This document shows, piece after piece, positions 1 through 12,319 of a stretch of DNA of 64,000 nt. The stretch is from positions 64,258,505 to 64,322,504 of the forward strand of contig NC_092381.1 of assembly GCF_030028105.1 (NCBI RefSeq). Direction: 5' to 3'. The stretch's first letter is position 1. The number at the start of each line of letters is the position of its first letter. The position numbers and the translations under genes were made by a program. Below the pieces are notes generated by a model. The model ran no database searches and was not told the origin of the DNA. It was given only the letters and a program-made list of their open reading frames with translations. This DNA is from Mobula birostris (lineage: Eukaryota).

Positions 1-784
1 CATCTGGAAGAAGGTTCTATGGTCTGATGAAACCAAAATTGAGCTTTTTGGCCATCAGACTAAACACTATGTTTGGTGTAAGCCAAACACCATACATCAT
101 CAAAACCACACCATCCCTACCGTGAAGCATGGTGGTGGCTGCATCAGGCCATGAGGATGCTTCACTGGAAGGCTCGTGAAGGTAGAGAGTAAAAGGAATG
201 CAACAAAATAGGGGGCAATCCTGGAGGAAAACTTGATGCAATCTGCAAGAGAACTGCAACTTGGGAGGAGATTTGTTTGCCAGCAAGACAATGACCCAAG
301 CTTAAAGCCAAAGCTAAACGGGAACGGCTTAAAAACAACAGAATTAATGTCTTGGAGTAGCCAAGTTAGAGTCCAGACCTCAATTCAATTGAGAATCTGT
401 GGCTGGACTTGAAAAGGACTGTCCACTCATGATCCCCCATACAATCTGACAGAGCTTGAGCAGTTTCATAAAAAAAAAGGGGGAAAAATTGCAGTGTCCA
501 GATGTGCAAAGCTGGTAAGAGACTCAAGGCTGTAATTGCTGCCAAAGGTGCATCTACTAAGTACTGACTTGAAGGGGGTGAATACGTATGCAATCAATTG
601 TTTTGTGTTTTATATTTCTAATTAATTTAGAATCACTTTGTAGAGATCTGCTTTCACTTTGACACGAAAGAGTATTTTTCTGTTGATCAGTGTCAAAAAA
701 GCCAAATTAAATGCACTGTGATTTAATGTTGTAAAACAAAACATGAAAACTTGCAAGGGAGGTGAATACTTTTCATCAGCACTG
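1..784 (+). mobile_element. Tc1/mariner DNA transposon, 3' half (decayed transposase + right TIR)
   Basis: Translates to [23 protein letters not shown] and SPDLNSIENLW motifs with frameshifts and stops; ends ...CAGCACTG followed by TA (785-786). Confidence 0.9.
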
Positions 785-803
785 TATCACTGTTAGTTCT
801 GTG

Positions 804-995
804 ACACAAACTTGAAAAATCTGCAGATGCTGGAAATCCAAGCAACATACACGAAACGCTGGAGGAACTTAGCAGGCCAGGCAGCATCTATGGAAAAGAG
901 TAAATAGTTGATGTTTCAGGTCAAGACCTCAACTGTTCATTCTTTTCTATAGATGCTGCCTGGCCTGCTGAGCTCCTCCAGCATTGTGTGTGTCG
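804..995. mobile_element. Penelope-derived palindromic short element (hammerhead family, core deleted)
   Basis: Inverted arms GCTGGAGGAACTTAGCAGGCCAGGCAGCATCTAT / ATAGATGCTGCCTGGCCTGCTGAGCTCCTCCAGC; flanking direct repeat ACTGTTAGTT(C/T)TGTG at 789-803 and 996-1010. Confidence 0.8.
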
Positions 996-2184
996 ACTGT
1001 TAGTTTTGTGTCATGGCTCAGCACTTTATGCTAGTTAGGTGACCTTAGGGGATAGTTTTTTCCCCCCATGGGATGTGGGTAATCCTGAAAAGGCCACTTT
1101 TATGATCTACCTCTAGTTGTCGTTAAGGTAGTCAGGCTGAATCGTCCTGTAAAGTGCCAAAATGACATCAATGTTAAACCATATGAAGTGTCTGATAGGC
1201 AATGGTGAAAAATAGGGGCTTTGCATGATACAACAGTTTTTATAAGCATAGCACACTTAACAGATTAATTGAGTTCAAATTCATTGGTTTTTTTGATCAG
1301 CTTTAAACTGGCAACTTCTAACAAAAGTACCTTTAAAGTCCAATCTGAATAAAACTCGGGAGACCAGCTTCTCATAGTCACAACAGTTTATTGTGCACCA
1401 TCCTGCAGGAGTTTGAGACCCAGTTGTCGAAGGGAAGGCACGTAAGTACTGCCACCATCTGACAAGTGGGCCCACTTAGTCAGGTTACAGCTGTATATTT
1501 ATACATATACATAAGCCCCATATATTACTGTTGCAAGATGTTATTAGAACTGGTACGTCCACCAAGTCTGTTGGTGCAAAACTTAATTACTTAGATTAGA
1601 AAGTCTGCTAAATCAAGGTTTAATTACAGATGGATGTACTTTCCAGTCCTTATCAGTTATTCCCTTTGCTAGGCCCTGACTTAATTACAGATGGATATTC
1701 ATTCCTGTCCTTATTGGCAAGTCCTTCTCCAACTCAAACGAGGGTACAACGTACAATGTTATCAAACTCCCAATGTCTCTCTGCAAACCAAGGAGAACTG
1801 GTAGCGAGCCTGTCTTAGCTAACTGCTGAAGACAGTTTACTTCACTTCAAAAATTCCTATTCAATCCCAATTATTCTTTTAGCCAGAGGTTACATAGGTT
1901 CAAAATGATTTTTTATATCCAGTGCTCGTGACAGAACAATACATACTGAAAAATGTTATATTTATAAAGCAAATTCAATAATCCTGAACAGCACTCTCGC
2001 TCTCTCTCCTGCTGCTCCTGAGGGATGATCCTTATAACACACATCAAAGTTTGCTGATGATCCTTGTGTTCGAGTGATCTCTCTTGCCCTCTAAGCTGTC
2101 GGCGGATGGTGCTGCGATGGAGCAAGGTTTAATCGAGGTGGACTGTAGTTTTTATGATGTTTCTATTTCTAGTTCTGGTCACTT

Positions 2185-2490
2185 TTTTTTGTTACGACTG
2201 TTGGTCGATATTTGAATCAGGGTGGTCTGAGCACTGAGCATTTGAACACTGAGCTGAATTGAACAGAACTGAAATGTGCCTTTTGATTTTGTATTTTGCT
2301 TTTTGGCTTACTTTTTTGTTGCTGTTTACACAATCTTTTTGCGTGCAGGGGGGAGTGGGGCTTGATGTTTGATATTTTTCTTTCAATGGGTTGATTCCAT
2401 GGTTGTTCTTTGTGTCATGACAGTCTGTTGAGAAGACAAATTTCAGGGTTGTACGCTGCATATGTACTTTGATAATAAATGTACTTCGAA
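2185..2490 (+). mobile_element. Non-autonomous retroelement fragment with Rex1-like LINE tail
   Basis: Ends ...GGGTTGTACGCTGCATATGTACTTTGATAATAAATGTACTT, resembling the tails of the Rex1-like copies ending near 42850 and 52590. Confidence 0.55.
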
Positions 2491-2785
2491 TCTTTACAAA
2501 TGAGTATGGCTTAACAGATTTGTTACATTCCAAAGCAGCATCTAAAACACAGTATATATCTTAGTAGATACAATAACTCAATCATCACATTGATCAGTTT
2601 ATTACATGTTCATCAAACAGATTACACAAAACAAATAAAATAACAGACATTTCAGAATCCTGCGGTAAGAATTTGTCTTCGGATGGGATCTGTGGACCTT
2701 ATGTTAGCTGGAGAAAAAGGCCAACATATGCTGCCGACCATATGTTAGTGATATATCTCAATGATTTAGGTGAAAATGTAGATGG

Positions 2786-3425
2786 GTGGAGGAGAAGATG
2801 GCAGCACAACGCAATGCGCGCAGCTCTCCGGTGAAATGATATCGTATTTGTAAGTAGGACACTGTGCACAATTCTGATTTCATGGAGACAGACGTGAGAA
2901 GCACAGAGGAACATCTGGAGAAATTTCTGAAGTGCCCGGTTCGCTGCCGCTGCTACTGTACGATCGAGAATCTTCGGAGGGAAGGCCCCAAAATCCCCAG
3001 TTTTGCCTGCTGCTGGTGAGCGAGGCTGGGGTCGAAGCGTTCGGCAGAGATGGTGCTCGGTACTTGGTGTCGGAGGGCTGACCAGAGCTCAAAGTTTTCC
3101 GACGACTTAGAGTCGGACTGTGGTCGGGCATGGCAGGGAGAGTTTTCTTCCTTCTCCTGTATGCGTGAGATGTGGGACTTTCGAGAGACTTTGGACTTTT
3201 TTTTTTACTGTGCCCATGGCCTGTTCTTCATTAAGTTATGGTATTGTTGCACTGTTGTAACTATATGTTATAATTATGTGGTTTTTGTTAGTTTTTCAGT
3301 CTTGGTCTGTCCTGTGTTTCTGTGATATCACACCAGAGGAATATTGTATCATTTCTTAATGCATGCATTACTAAATGACAATAAAAGGGGACTGCGTGTC
3401 CTCATAATCTAATCTAATCTAATCT
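2786..3425 (+). mobile_element. Short non-autonomous retroelement with AAGATGGC 5' start and (CTAAT)n tail
   Basis: GC/CpG-rich 5' part beginning GAAGATGGCAGC, no real ORF, AATAAA at ~3380 then a tandem CTAAT tail at ~3405-3425. Confidence 0.6.
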
Positions 3426-3591
3426 GCGTCTTGAGTCACCGATGACCTCGCGTGCGTTCAAGTTCAATAGTGGGTGTGACAGGGAATGAGGAAAGGTGCA
3501 GCTGACTCATAACATTTCATATTGCTAAATTGTATCGTTTCCTTGCGGCCCGGTAGCACATGCTTTGTGGCCCGGTGGTTGGGGACCACTG
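3426..3591 (-). mobile_element. hAT (Charlie/Buster-like) left-end fragment
   Basis: Reverse complement of the left ends at 14955 and 29217 (CAG.GGTCCCCAACCACCGGGCC...CAGCTGCACCTTTCCTCATTCCCTGTC). Confidence 0.8.
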
Positions 3592-3889
3592 CTCTACACC
3601 TCCTTGAAAAGGTGTAATATTTTTACTGACTCATGCTTATCCCTGACCCATGACTATTCAAATTGGAGAAGCAGCATTTGGAGTGGTACTGTTAACCTAA
3701 GTCCCTTCACCAGAATATCTCAAAAACCAAGTGTTTATTGAGTGCTCCACTCATTAAGCCCTTCCTTCCCCACAGGCGGTTAAACATTCGCATCATTTGT
3801 CAGCTCAGCAGCCAAAGAACTGGAATGGAACAAAGCCATCCTCAAACCCGCAGGACCGCCTAAAAAAGCAACAATGCATCAACATTTCA

Positions 3890-4235
3890 CCATCCATTCA
3901 GACAAAATAGCAGTGAGAGGAGTTGGTGGGTGATGGGCAGTAGTATGTGAAGGAAGAGTAAGAAACAGGGTAATCATGGCTGGGGAGAGTTTGTGTGTTT
4001 GTAGGAAGAACTGGGTAGATGAGGAGAGGGAAAAGGGACTGAGGGAGAGCAAGTTACACTGAAATTGGAGAATTCACATTTAAGCCCATGGTTTATAGGC
4101 AACCCAGGTGGAATATGAGTGCTGTTCCTCAGTTTGTGTTTAGCCTCATAGTCTGGCAGTGTACATTGAGGACTGACAGTTCAGTGTGGAAATGGGGTGG
4201 GAAATTAAAATGGCTTGCAAACAAGAGCTCCAGAT
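3890..4235 (-). mobile_element. Penelope-like element (PLE) remnant, GIY-YIG endonuclease C-terminus
   Basis: Minus-strand translation LLFASHFNFPPHFHTELSVL..HCQ followed by a frameshifted EQH...GLN segment resembles the vertebrate PLE C-terminal motif (VA.HFN.P.H...DLSV.GL....RKLEEQHLIF.LG.L.P.GLN). Confidence 0.7.
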
Positions 4236-4479
4236 TGCCATTACCTATGATTTCCAAGTTTGCTTCCATTGCTCGTATTAAAATAGAGAAACAATATTGG
4301 CTATTTTCCAATCCTTTGGAACATCACCAGTGCTGAAGTGAAAACAAAGATTGCTGTCAAGGTCCCAGTAATCTCCTCTCGTTTCTCTTGATAACCCGTG
4401 ATAGATCCCATCAAGCCATAGAAAGTTACCCACCTTAATGTTCTTCAAGAGATCCAAAACCTCCTCTCCTTGGTATCAA

Positions 4480-4611
4480 ACAACAGGAATTCTGCAGATG
4501 CTGGAAATTCAAGCAACACACATCAAAGTTGCTGGTGAATGCAGCAGGCCAGGCAGCATCTGTAGGAAGAGGTGCTTGGCCTGCTGCATTCACCAGCAAC
4601 TTTGATGTGTG
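4480..4611. mobile_element. Penelope-derived palindromic short element (young subfamily, centre deleted)
   Basis: Arms CACACATCAAAGTTGCTGGTGAATGCAGCAGGCCA / TGGCCTGCTGCATTCACCAGCAACTTTGATGTGTG; perfect 14-bp TSD CTCCTTGGTATCAA at 4466-4479 and 4612-4625. Confidence 0.85.
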
Positions 4612-5221
4612 CTCCTTGGTATCAACATGCCCTAGAACATCAGCATTGTCCCCCCCCCCCCCCATCCTATTATCCTCCATGCCCTCTTTGGTGAATACTT
4701 ATGTTAAGTACAGTTTACCCCCTGCTTTTAGTATGTATAAAATGTCTTGGGATTCTCTTTAATCTTACACAACAATGTCATTTCACAACCCCATGTAGCC
4801 TTCCTGATTCTCTGTTTAGTTTCTTTCCTGCTTCTTTTGCACTTCTCCAGGTTTCTGTCCTATTCAAGTACCTTAACCTAACATATACTTTTTGTTTTTG
4901 ACTAAATTTGCAACATCTCTCATCATACATAATTCCCAAATCTTGCCACCTTTGCTTTCCTTCCTTATAGGAACATGTTAGTCCTGAAATCTGACCAACT
5001 ATCTTTAAATGACTCCCACATCAGATGTTGTCTTTATCATTAACAACTGCTCCCAATCTACTCTCCCCAGCTCCTGCCTTGTAACAGTTTACATTTCACA
5101 GGTAATGTTATGTACAATATGAGATGTTAAAATTCAGATGTTCCTGGAGAGCAAAGTTAGTAGGAGAGCTGGATAAGGATATCACATCTTGCCATGATAT
5201 CATCAGGATCAGGTTAGTGTA

Positions 5222-6780
5222 CAAACCCCATTTCCAGAAAAGTTGGGATATTTTCCAAAATGCAATAAAAACAAAAATCTATGATATGTTAATTCACGTG
5301 AATCTTTATTTAACTGACAAAGGTACAAAAAAAAGATTTTCAATAGTTTTACTGACCAACTTAACTGTATTTTGTAAACATACACAAATTTAGAATTTGA
5401 TGGCTGCAACACACTCAACAAAAGTTAGGACAGAGGCATGTTTACCATTGTGTTACACCACATTTCCTTTTAATAACACTTTATAATCGTTTTGGAACTG
5501 AGGATACTCATTGTCGTCGATTTGCAATTGGAAATTTTGTCCATTCTTGCTTGATATAAGACTTCAGCTGCTCAACAGTCTGTGGTCTCCGTTGTCTGAT
5601 TCTCCTCTTCATGATGCGCCATACATTTTCAATAGGAGATAGATCTGGACTGGCAGCAGGCCAGTCAAACACACGCACTCTGTGTCTACAAAGCCATGCT
5701 GTTGTAGCCCGTGAAGAATGTGGTCTGGCATTGTCCTGCTGAAATAAGCATGGACGTCCCAGGAAGAGATGTCGCCTTGATGGCAACATACGTCTCTCTA
5801 AAATCCTAATATACACCTCAGAGTCAATGGTACCTTCACATACATGCAACTCACCCATGCTGTGGGCACTGATGCACCCCCATACCATCACAGATGCTGG
5901 CTTTTGCACCTTTCGCTGATAACAATCTGGATGGTCGTTTTCATCTTTGGCACGGAGAACTCGATGCCTGTTTTTTCTGAAAACTAGTTGAAATGTGGAC
6001 TCACCTGACCACAGCACACAGTTCCACAGTCTTTCGGTCCATCTGAGATGAGCTCGGGCCCAGAGAACTCGCTGGCGTTTCTGCATAGAGTTGATGTATG
6101 GCTTCCTCCTTGCATAATACAGTTTTAAGTTGCATTTCTGGATGCAGCGATGGACTGTGTTGAGTGACAATGGTTTTCCGAAGTACTCCCGAGCCCAGGT
6201 GGCTATAATTGTCACAGTAGCATGACGGTTTCTTAGGCAGTGCCGCCTGAGGGCTCGTAGATCACGCGCATTCAACAGTGGTTTCTGACCTTGCCCTTTA
6301 TGCACTGAGATGTCTCTGAATTCTCTGAATCTTTTCACAATATCATGTACTGTAGATGTTGAAAGACCCAAATTCTCTGCAATCTTGCATTGAGAAATGT
6401 TCCTTTTGAACTGACCAACAATTCTCTCACGAATTTTGGCACAAAGGGGTGAGCCACAACCCATCCTTGCTTGCAAAGACTGAGCCTTTGATGGACGCTA
6501 CTTTTACACCCAGTCATGATACCTCAGCTGCTACCAATTAGCCTGCACTTTTCAATCTTATTTTAACTCTGTCTCAACTTTTGTTGAGTGTGTTGCAGCC
6601 ATCAAATTCTAAATTTGTGTATATTTACAAAATACAATTAAGTTGGTCAGTAAAACTATTGAAAATCTTTTCTTTCTACTTTTGTCAGTTAAATAAAGGT
6701 TCACGTAAATTAACATATCACAGATTTTTGGTTTTATTGCATTTTGGAAAATATCCCAACTTTTCTGGAAATGGGGTTTG
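5222..6780 (-). mobile_element. Full-length Tc1 (DD34E) transposon with ~200-bp TIRs and TA TSD
   Basis: Starts CAAACCCCATTTCCAGAAAAGTTGGGA and ends TCCCAACTTTTCTGGAAATGGGGTTTG; TA on both sides; contains a transposase ORF. Confidence 0.97.
5508..6464 (-). pseudogene. Tc1 transposase, inactivated (first catalytic D->G; premature stop ~20 codons from the end)
   Basis: ATG at 6464 (MGCGSPL...); paired-like HTH; LWSGE instead of WSDE; FQQDNARPH...SPDLSPIE with 34-residue D-E spacing; TGA where the sister copy (29833-30297) reads LVSSVPKRL. Confidence 0.9.
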
Positions 6781-7230
6781 TAGTTATCAAGAGAACAGGA
6801 GCTTCCACCATCATTTAATATAATTTGTTCTGGGTTTCTGTTGACATTGGGATTTAAGTACCATATTTGCCTTGAAATAGCAAGTTTCTAATTTTCCAAG
6901 CATCTAGTTTAAGTGCTGCTTGTGACAAATCCTACAATGTTGAAAAAGGGAACTTGGACCAAATGCAAGGAGTTCCTCTCATCTAGACTCATGAAAGCAA
7001 TCATGTAAGCTGGACAAATATGAATGAGAAAAGACTCCTCAAAATATATGCTTTAAAAGCTCCTCTACTCAGCATTGATGTCTGAAAGAGTTTCTAGCAT
7101 GTCTCAAGGTGTGTGAGATGATGAGAGGAAGAGTTGCAGATGTATATCAAAGTCTTGGAGCAACACGCATTGGCATCACATTCACTAGGAAGTAGGTTGA
7201 GAATGCTGAAAATAACTTCAGTTCCGGCTC

Positions 7231-7781
7231 AACACACACAAAATGCTGGAGGAACTCAGCTGGTCAGACAGCAGTTTTGAACATGAAAAAACAGTCAATG
7301 TATCAGGTCAAGACCTTTCATCAGGACTGGAAAGGAAGGGGGGAGATTCCAGTCTAAGAAGGTGGGGGGTGAGGGGAAGGAGACCAATATAGAAGGTGAC
7401 AGTTGAAGCCAGGTGGGGGGGGGGAGGAGCCAAGGAAGTAGGAAGCTGGGTGCCTCTCCTTCTTCCCTTTCTCCCATAGTCCACTCTCCTCTCCAATCAG
7501 ATTCCTTCTTTTCCAGTCCTTTACTATTCCCACCTATCACCTCTCAGCTTCTCATTTCATTCCTGCTCTGCCACCCACCTGGCTTCACCCATCATCACCT
7601 TCTAGCTTGTCCTCCTTCCCTTTCCCCAATTTCATATTCTGACATCTTCCCCCTTCTTTTCCAGTCCTGATGAAGGGTTTTGGTCCGAAACGTCAACTGT
7701 TTGTTAATTTCCACAGCTGCTACGTGACCTGAGTTTCTCTGGCATCTGGTGCGAGTTTTTCTGGATTTCCAGCATCTGCAG
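7231..7781 (+). mobile_element. Penelope-derived non-autonomous element with inverted terminal hammerhead-bearing arms
   Basis: Left arm (7231-7330) is inverted relative to right arm (7655-7781); GA-rich/CT-rich internal region shared with copies at 13385, 21209 and 41073. Confidence 0.85.
7662..7699 (+). ncRNA. Minimal type I hammerhead ribozyme motif
   Basis: CAGTC-CTGATGA-A-GGGTTTTGGTCC-GAAA-C-GTC^AACTG: intact catalytic core, weak G-U-rich stem II, stem I with one mismatch, palindromic ACGT stem III; predicted cut after 7694. Confidence 0.7.
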
Positions 7782-8649
7782 TTTATTCATTTTTGGCTGT
7801 CATATCTCAGAACAGGAGTTCAAGCTACATCTCACAAATGAAAGGGAAATGTGCCAAACTTGGTGTACTATGTTTTCTTAGCCAAAAAAAACTGGAAATA
7901 CTCATTAAAAGAAACATCTACTAATGGCACCCATGTTTAATCAAATGAGTTAATTCAAGAACTGGAGTCATAAGATAATTAAACTGTTTAGCAGTCACTT
8001 TCATTTCAATATATTGTACGAAGGTCGCCTATTATTACAATGGAACTTCACACGTCACAACTGCTATAATGTGATAATGCAGAAGTAGACAAAATATACT
8101 TAACGTGACACAAGACCAAAATTGTGAAAATAATTACCCCTTAAAAAAATCATAGTATGTGGCATGCAAGTTTCAATGCTCAATCTGGTTAATATCAGAT
8201 ATTTATATTTTTTTAATGCATGCACTCTCCAGGGCTCACTAAAATAAGCAATATAAAATATTTGATATCCCCATATGACAAATTTACCAGCTTTATTTAA
8301 ATTGCAAACATTATAATATTTTATAAACCTATTTTATTAAAATTGTATCAGATTGTACAACTCACAGCTTTATTAAAATATTTTCCTTTCAATAATTTTC
8401 CATCTTCCTTTGTGCATGCAAATATACTAGGACAAGCAAAGAGCATTCAACCTGCTCCATCAGGTATAACAATCGTTTAAATTCACTCTCTCTACATTTC
8501 TCCATATCTGCCATTACCCTAATTTTTTTAAATAAATACCATTTTAAGATATTTCAACTCTACAATCACTGCCTTTTGAGACATTTATTCTGATTTTACC
8601 AAAGATCAGAATCGCTTATTTCTTTTAGATTTGATCATCAGAAGGTAAA

Positions 8650-9040
8650 GGTCACACACGCCATTAAAGTTCCCACCCTCTGGGCCATGTCATCTTTTCA
8701 CAGCTACCATCAGGCAGGAAGTACAGAAGCCTGAAGTCCCACACCACCAGATTCAAGAACTTCCCTTCAATCATTCAGTTCCTGAACCAACTAGCAAAAT
8801 GCTAATCACTACAGCTTATAACACTATGACTATTTTGACTACTTTGCACGGGAGTGGACCATTTTTAAAAAATTCTAATTGTGTTCCTTCTTGTAAAAAT
8901 TGTTCATAATTTATGCTTACCTCATTTATTTATTGTCAATGTTACTTGTATCATCCTAAGAGCCTGATACAGCTGAAAGTAAGTTTGTCATTACATCTGT
9001 GCGTATACTTATTTGTGTACAACATTTGACTCTGAATCAT
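8650..9040 (+). mobile_element. Rex1/Babar-like LINE 3' fragment
   Basis: HPLGHVIFSQLPSGRKYRSLKSHTTRFKN-like C-terminal motif plus 3' UTR. Confidence 0.7.
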
Positions 9041-10089
9041 ACTGTAGTTCCTGTGGATTCATGCATTTAAACCACACTTTTTCAGGTGACCAACATCCTT
9101 TATTTCCTCTTTGCTGTACATGGAATACACTTAGTTCCCAGGTGACATTGTGAGGTAATAGGCCTAAAAAAAACAAGGGCTTTAATATCTCCTTGTTCCC
9201 TTTCAAATCATGCGCCAACAAGTTTTGTAAATTTGCAATAGCTCACCACCACTTCCCACATTTAATTAGAGACAGGTGATAAATGCACAGTCTCCAGCAA
9301 TACCCAAACCCCAAAAATTAGAACTTCAATTTCCCTGTGCTGTCTGGGATTCTCTACACAAAACTGGATGCATGCTGCCAACCAGGACAAGATCAGCATA
9401 AACAATGAGGCTGAAGGGGGCAGCTCTGGCCTCTAGATTCAGTTTCTTTGGTTGAGTCTGTGGGGTGAATAGAGGGATACTGCTAAGAAACTTCCAACGG
9501 GGCTTCACCAGGACTCTCCGCATAACTGTTGGCAGTGATCAGCAGGCAATTATAATAGGACATTATTCCCTCCATGTCACTGCTGTTCTTGATCTTCCCA
9601 CAGACAGAGCTGTGTGATTTGCTGCTATGTGTGCAGCATGCAGTGTGCACTGGAACATTATGAAAACAAATTAACTGTTGCATTTTATTTCTTGCAATCA
9701 ATTATTTTGATATTTTATATATTTGGAGATATACTTGGTTTATCATCAATCTTCCCCACATGATGGTTGATCCTTGCACCGGATACCAATAGATAGTAAG
9801 ATGTAAGATATTGCACTTTTATTAATAGAGTATATGTTCATGTAATGGGGATCTCTCTCTAACTTTATATGGTTGTACTAAATAATGAGAAATAGAATTG
9901 CAGATTTACACCCTGGATGGATTTGTTTCTTATGCGTCCAGTTGATGAGGTTCCAAGCTCAGAACATACAATCGAATATTTAACCTCAGACTGGCAATAT
10001 TGGCTGACTTTCACTAGTTCAAATAGTTTGTTAAGAGGCAGTATCCCACTGATGAAACCTGACTTAAAACACAAGCTGTATCTACTTAC

Positions 10090-10139
10090 TTGTCACAGGA
10101 CCTTTGGTAGGTATGCCACTGTCTTCATTGAGGTAGTCC
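10090..10139 (-). CDS. Candidate 50-nt internal exon of the unidentified minus-strand gene (DYLNEDSGIPTKGPVT; phase 2 -> 1)
   Basis: Acceptor ctttatattgcag|GGAC, donor ACAA|gtaagt; only one of three frames is open; lies in non-repeat sequence. Confidence 0.6.
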
Positions 10140-10391
10140 CTGCAATATAAAGAAAGTATTAGTAGCTTTATTGTCCATTCTTTAAGCAGGTGAACTGGGT
10201 TTTACTTAAAAATGCATGAACCAATTGGTCTATTGTAAACTCATTAGTGTTCCAGTATAATAAAATTCCATGTCACTTACATTCATTCTACAGTTATCAT
10301 TCTCTTCTTGCATTATATTCTAAATACCATGCATGTCCTAACAAAGCAGTTTTATCTTCTTACAATGTTGTTCTTGTAAGCTCTTTATGAA

Positions 10392-10480
10392 TCCAGATGA
10401 AGGGTCTTCACCCACAACAACCACTGTCCATTTCCCTCCACAGATGCTGCCTGACCAGCTGGGTTCCTCCACCATCTTGT
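10392..10480 (+). mobile_element. Degenerate Penelope hammerhead-arm fragment
   Basis: CCAGATGAAGGGTCTT...CAGATGCTGCCTGACCAGCTGGGTTCCTCCA similar to the family arms; core mutated. Confidence 0.6.
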
Positions 10481-10950
10481 TTTCACCACTTTGAAACCTG
10501 TGTTTGTTAACTACTACCCATAGCTGACTGAAGTAAATACATAAAATTATGGAAACATTCAGTAGGTCAAGCTGAATCTGTGATACATAAAAAATAGGCT
10601 TTAGATTTCAGATCAAGACTATTCATCAGAATGTAACAATGAGAAAATGTTAGGTTTAAGTTGCAGATCAGGTGAGTGAAAGATAGAGAGAAGAATGGAA
10701 TATCCTTGATAGGATTAGGCTGGGATTACTATGGTTATTCACTGCCTGGTTGACAGATTAATAAGAGCTGTTAGAGCAAAAACACAAAGAAAGGAACAAC
10801 ATGAGGGCTTTGAATTACAGATCAGAGCTTTTGCAAAGACCCAAAACCGGAAGAATGCTGGAAATGCGCAACAGATCAAGCATAGTTTCACTAACACACA
10901 TAAAATTCTCTACTTTCTCTTTTGACCAATAACTCTGTGGTTTGAGCAAA

Positions 10951-11290
10951 TACACTCAGTAGCCACTTTATTAGGTACAGAACTACACCTGCTTGTAATG
11001 CAGATATCTAATCAGCCAACCATGTGGCTGCAACTCAGTGCATAAAAGCATGCAGACATGGTCAAGAGGTTCAGTTGTTGTTCAGACCAAACATCAGAAT
11101 GGGGAAGAAAGGTGATCCAAGTGACTCTGGCCGTGAAAGGATTGTTGGTGCCAGATGGGGTGGTATGTGTATTTCAGAAACTGCTGAGCTCCTAGAATTT
11201 TCACACACAGAGTCTCTAGAGTTTACAGAGAAACAAAAACCTACCAGTGAGCAGCAGGTCTACACTTGCTAATGAGAGGTCAAGGAGAAT
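10951..11290 (+). mobile_element. Tc1-family non-autonomous fragment (left end)
   Basis: TACACTCAGTAGCCACTTTATTAGGTAC terminus; MGKKGD.SD..R..IVGAR.GG transposase start; inverted relative at 19860-20334. Confidence 0.8.
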
Positions 11291-12319
11291 GGGTAATCGA
11301 AAGAAATTTCACCATGTGAACACACCAATGGAGATATCCAGAAACTGTTGCAAGTAATTCACCATTGCTCCATGGGCTGTTTCTGAAACTGGGGCTAGGC
11401 TTGGGAGAAAAAATGTGGGTTAAATGTTTCATCACTTCCATTTTATACTTGGATAGTCTACAGGTTTGATCAGGTTGTAAAGTTTAATATGTATGAAGGG
11501 AAATTATTACTGAGACCTTAATTTTGAACAGTATTTGAAATGTATTTGTTTCATTAAGTACTTTTTAACCTACTCAGTTTTTTTCCCCATCAATAACTGA
11601 AATTTGGGTGACAATTCCCCCATTTTGTTGTACACAATATTACCTTAAATACTACCCCAGTTGAAATCTGCTAACTCGGCTTGGCCAGATATAAAATTTG
11701 AGATCTATTCTGGTCCATATACATTATGTAATGTATATTTACAAGGCAAATATGTCATTATAGTTTTTAAGTAAATTATTACTGTGCAATTGTGTCGTGA
11801 TCATTTTCTAGACATCTGTTTTCTGTGCGCTCACAAAGCAAATGCAAAATCTGATAGCAACAACACAGTTCCAAATCTAGGTTAATGGTGTCCTGGAGGC
11901 AATTAGTTCAAAAGGCATAGGTTACTTCTCCCCCAGTTCTCTTGAAAAGAGTGAGCCCTTGGCTGCTATAGGGAGAGGGTTACCTTCTGTACTTGATAAC
12001 TGCAAACTTGCATTCAGCTGTTCAATATTGTGCTAGGTAGACATGAATCACTTGTATAGCTGAGAGCATATAGACAATTCAGCATTCTGGAAAGAGGGTT
12101 TACAAAATTCTATGAGTTAAATTCACACACATTTAAACACAGTAATGCTGCTCCAAATCATTAGAAGAATACTCTGAGGAATGTGAGGAATATTCAGCAC
12201 CTGAGAGAGTAATGGAATTAATGTACAAGCTGCACAAGTAATGTCTGGCCTGCTGGGTATTGCAAACATCCTTTGTTTTTCTGATTTCAGACATCCTTTA
12301 TATTTTGCTTCCAAAAATG

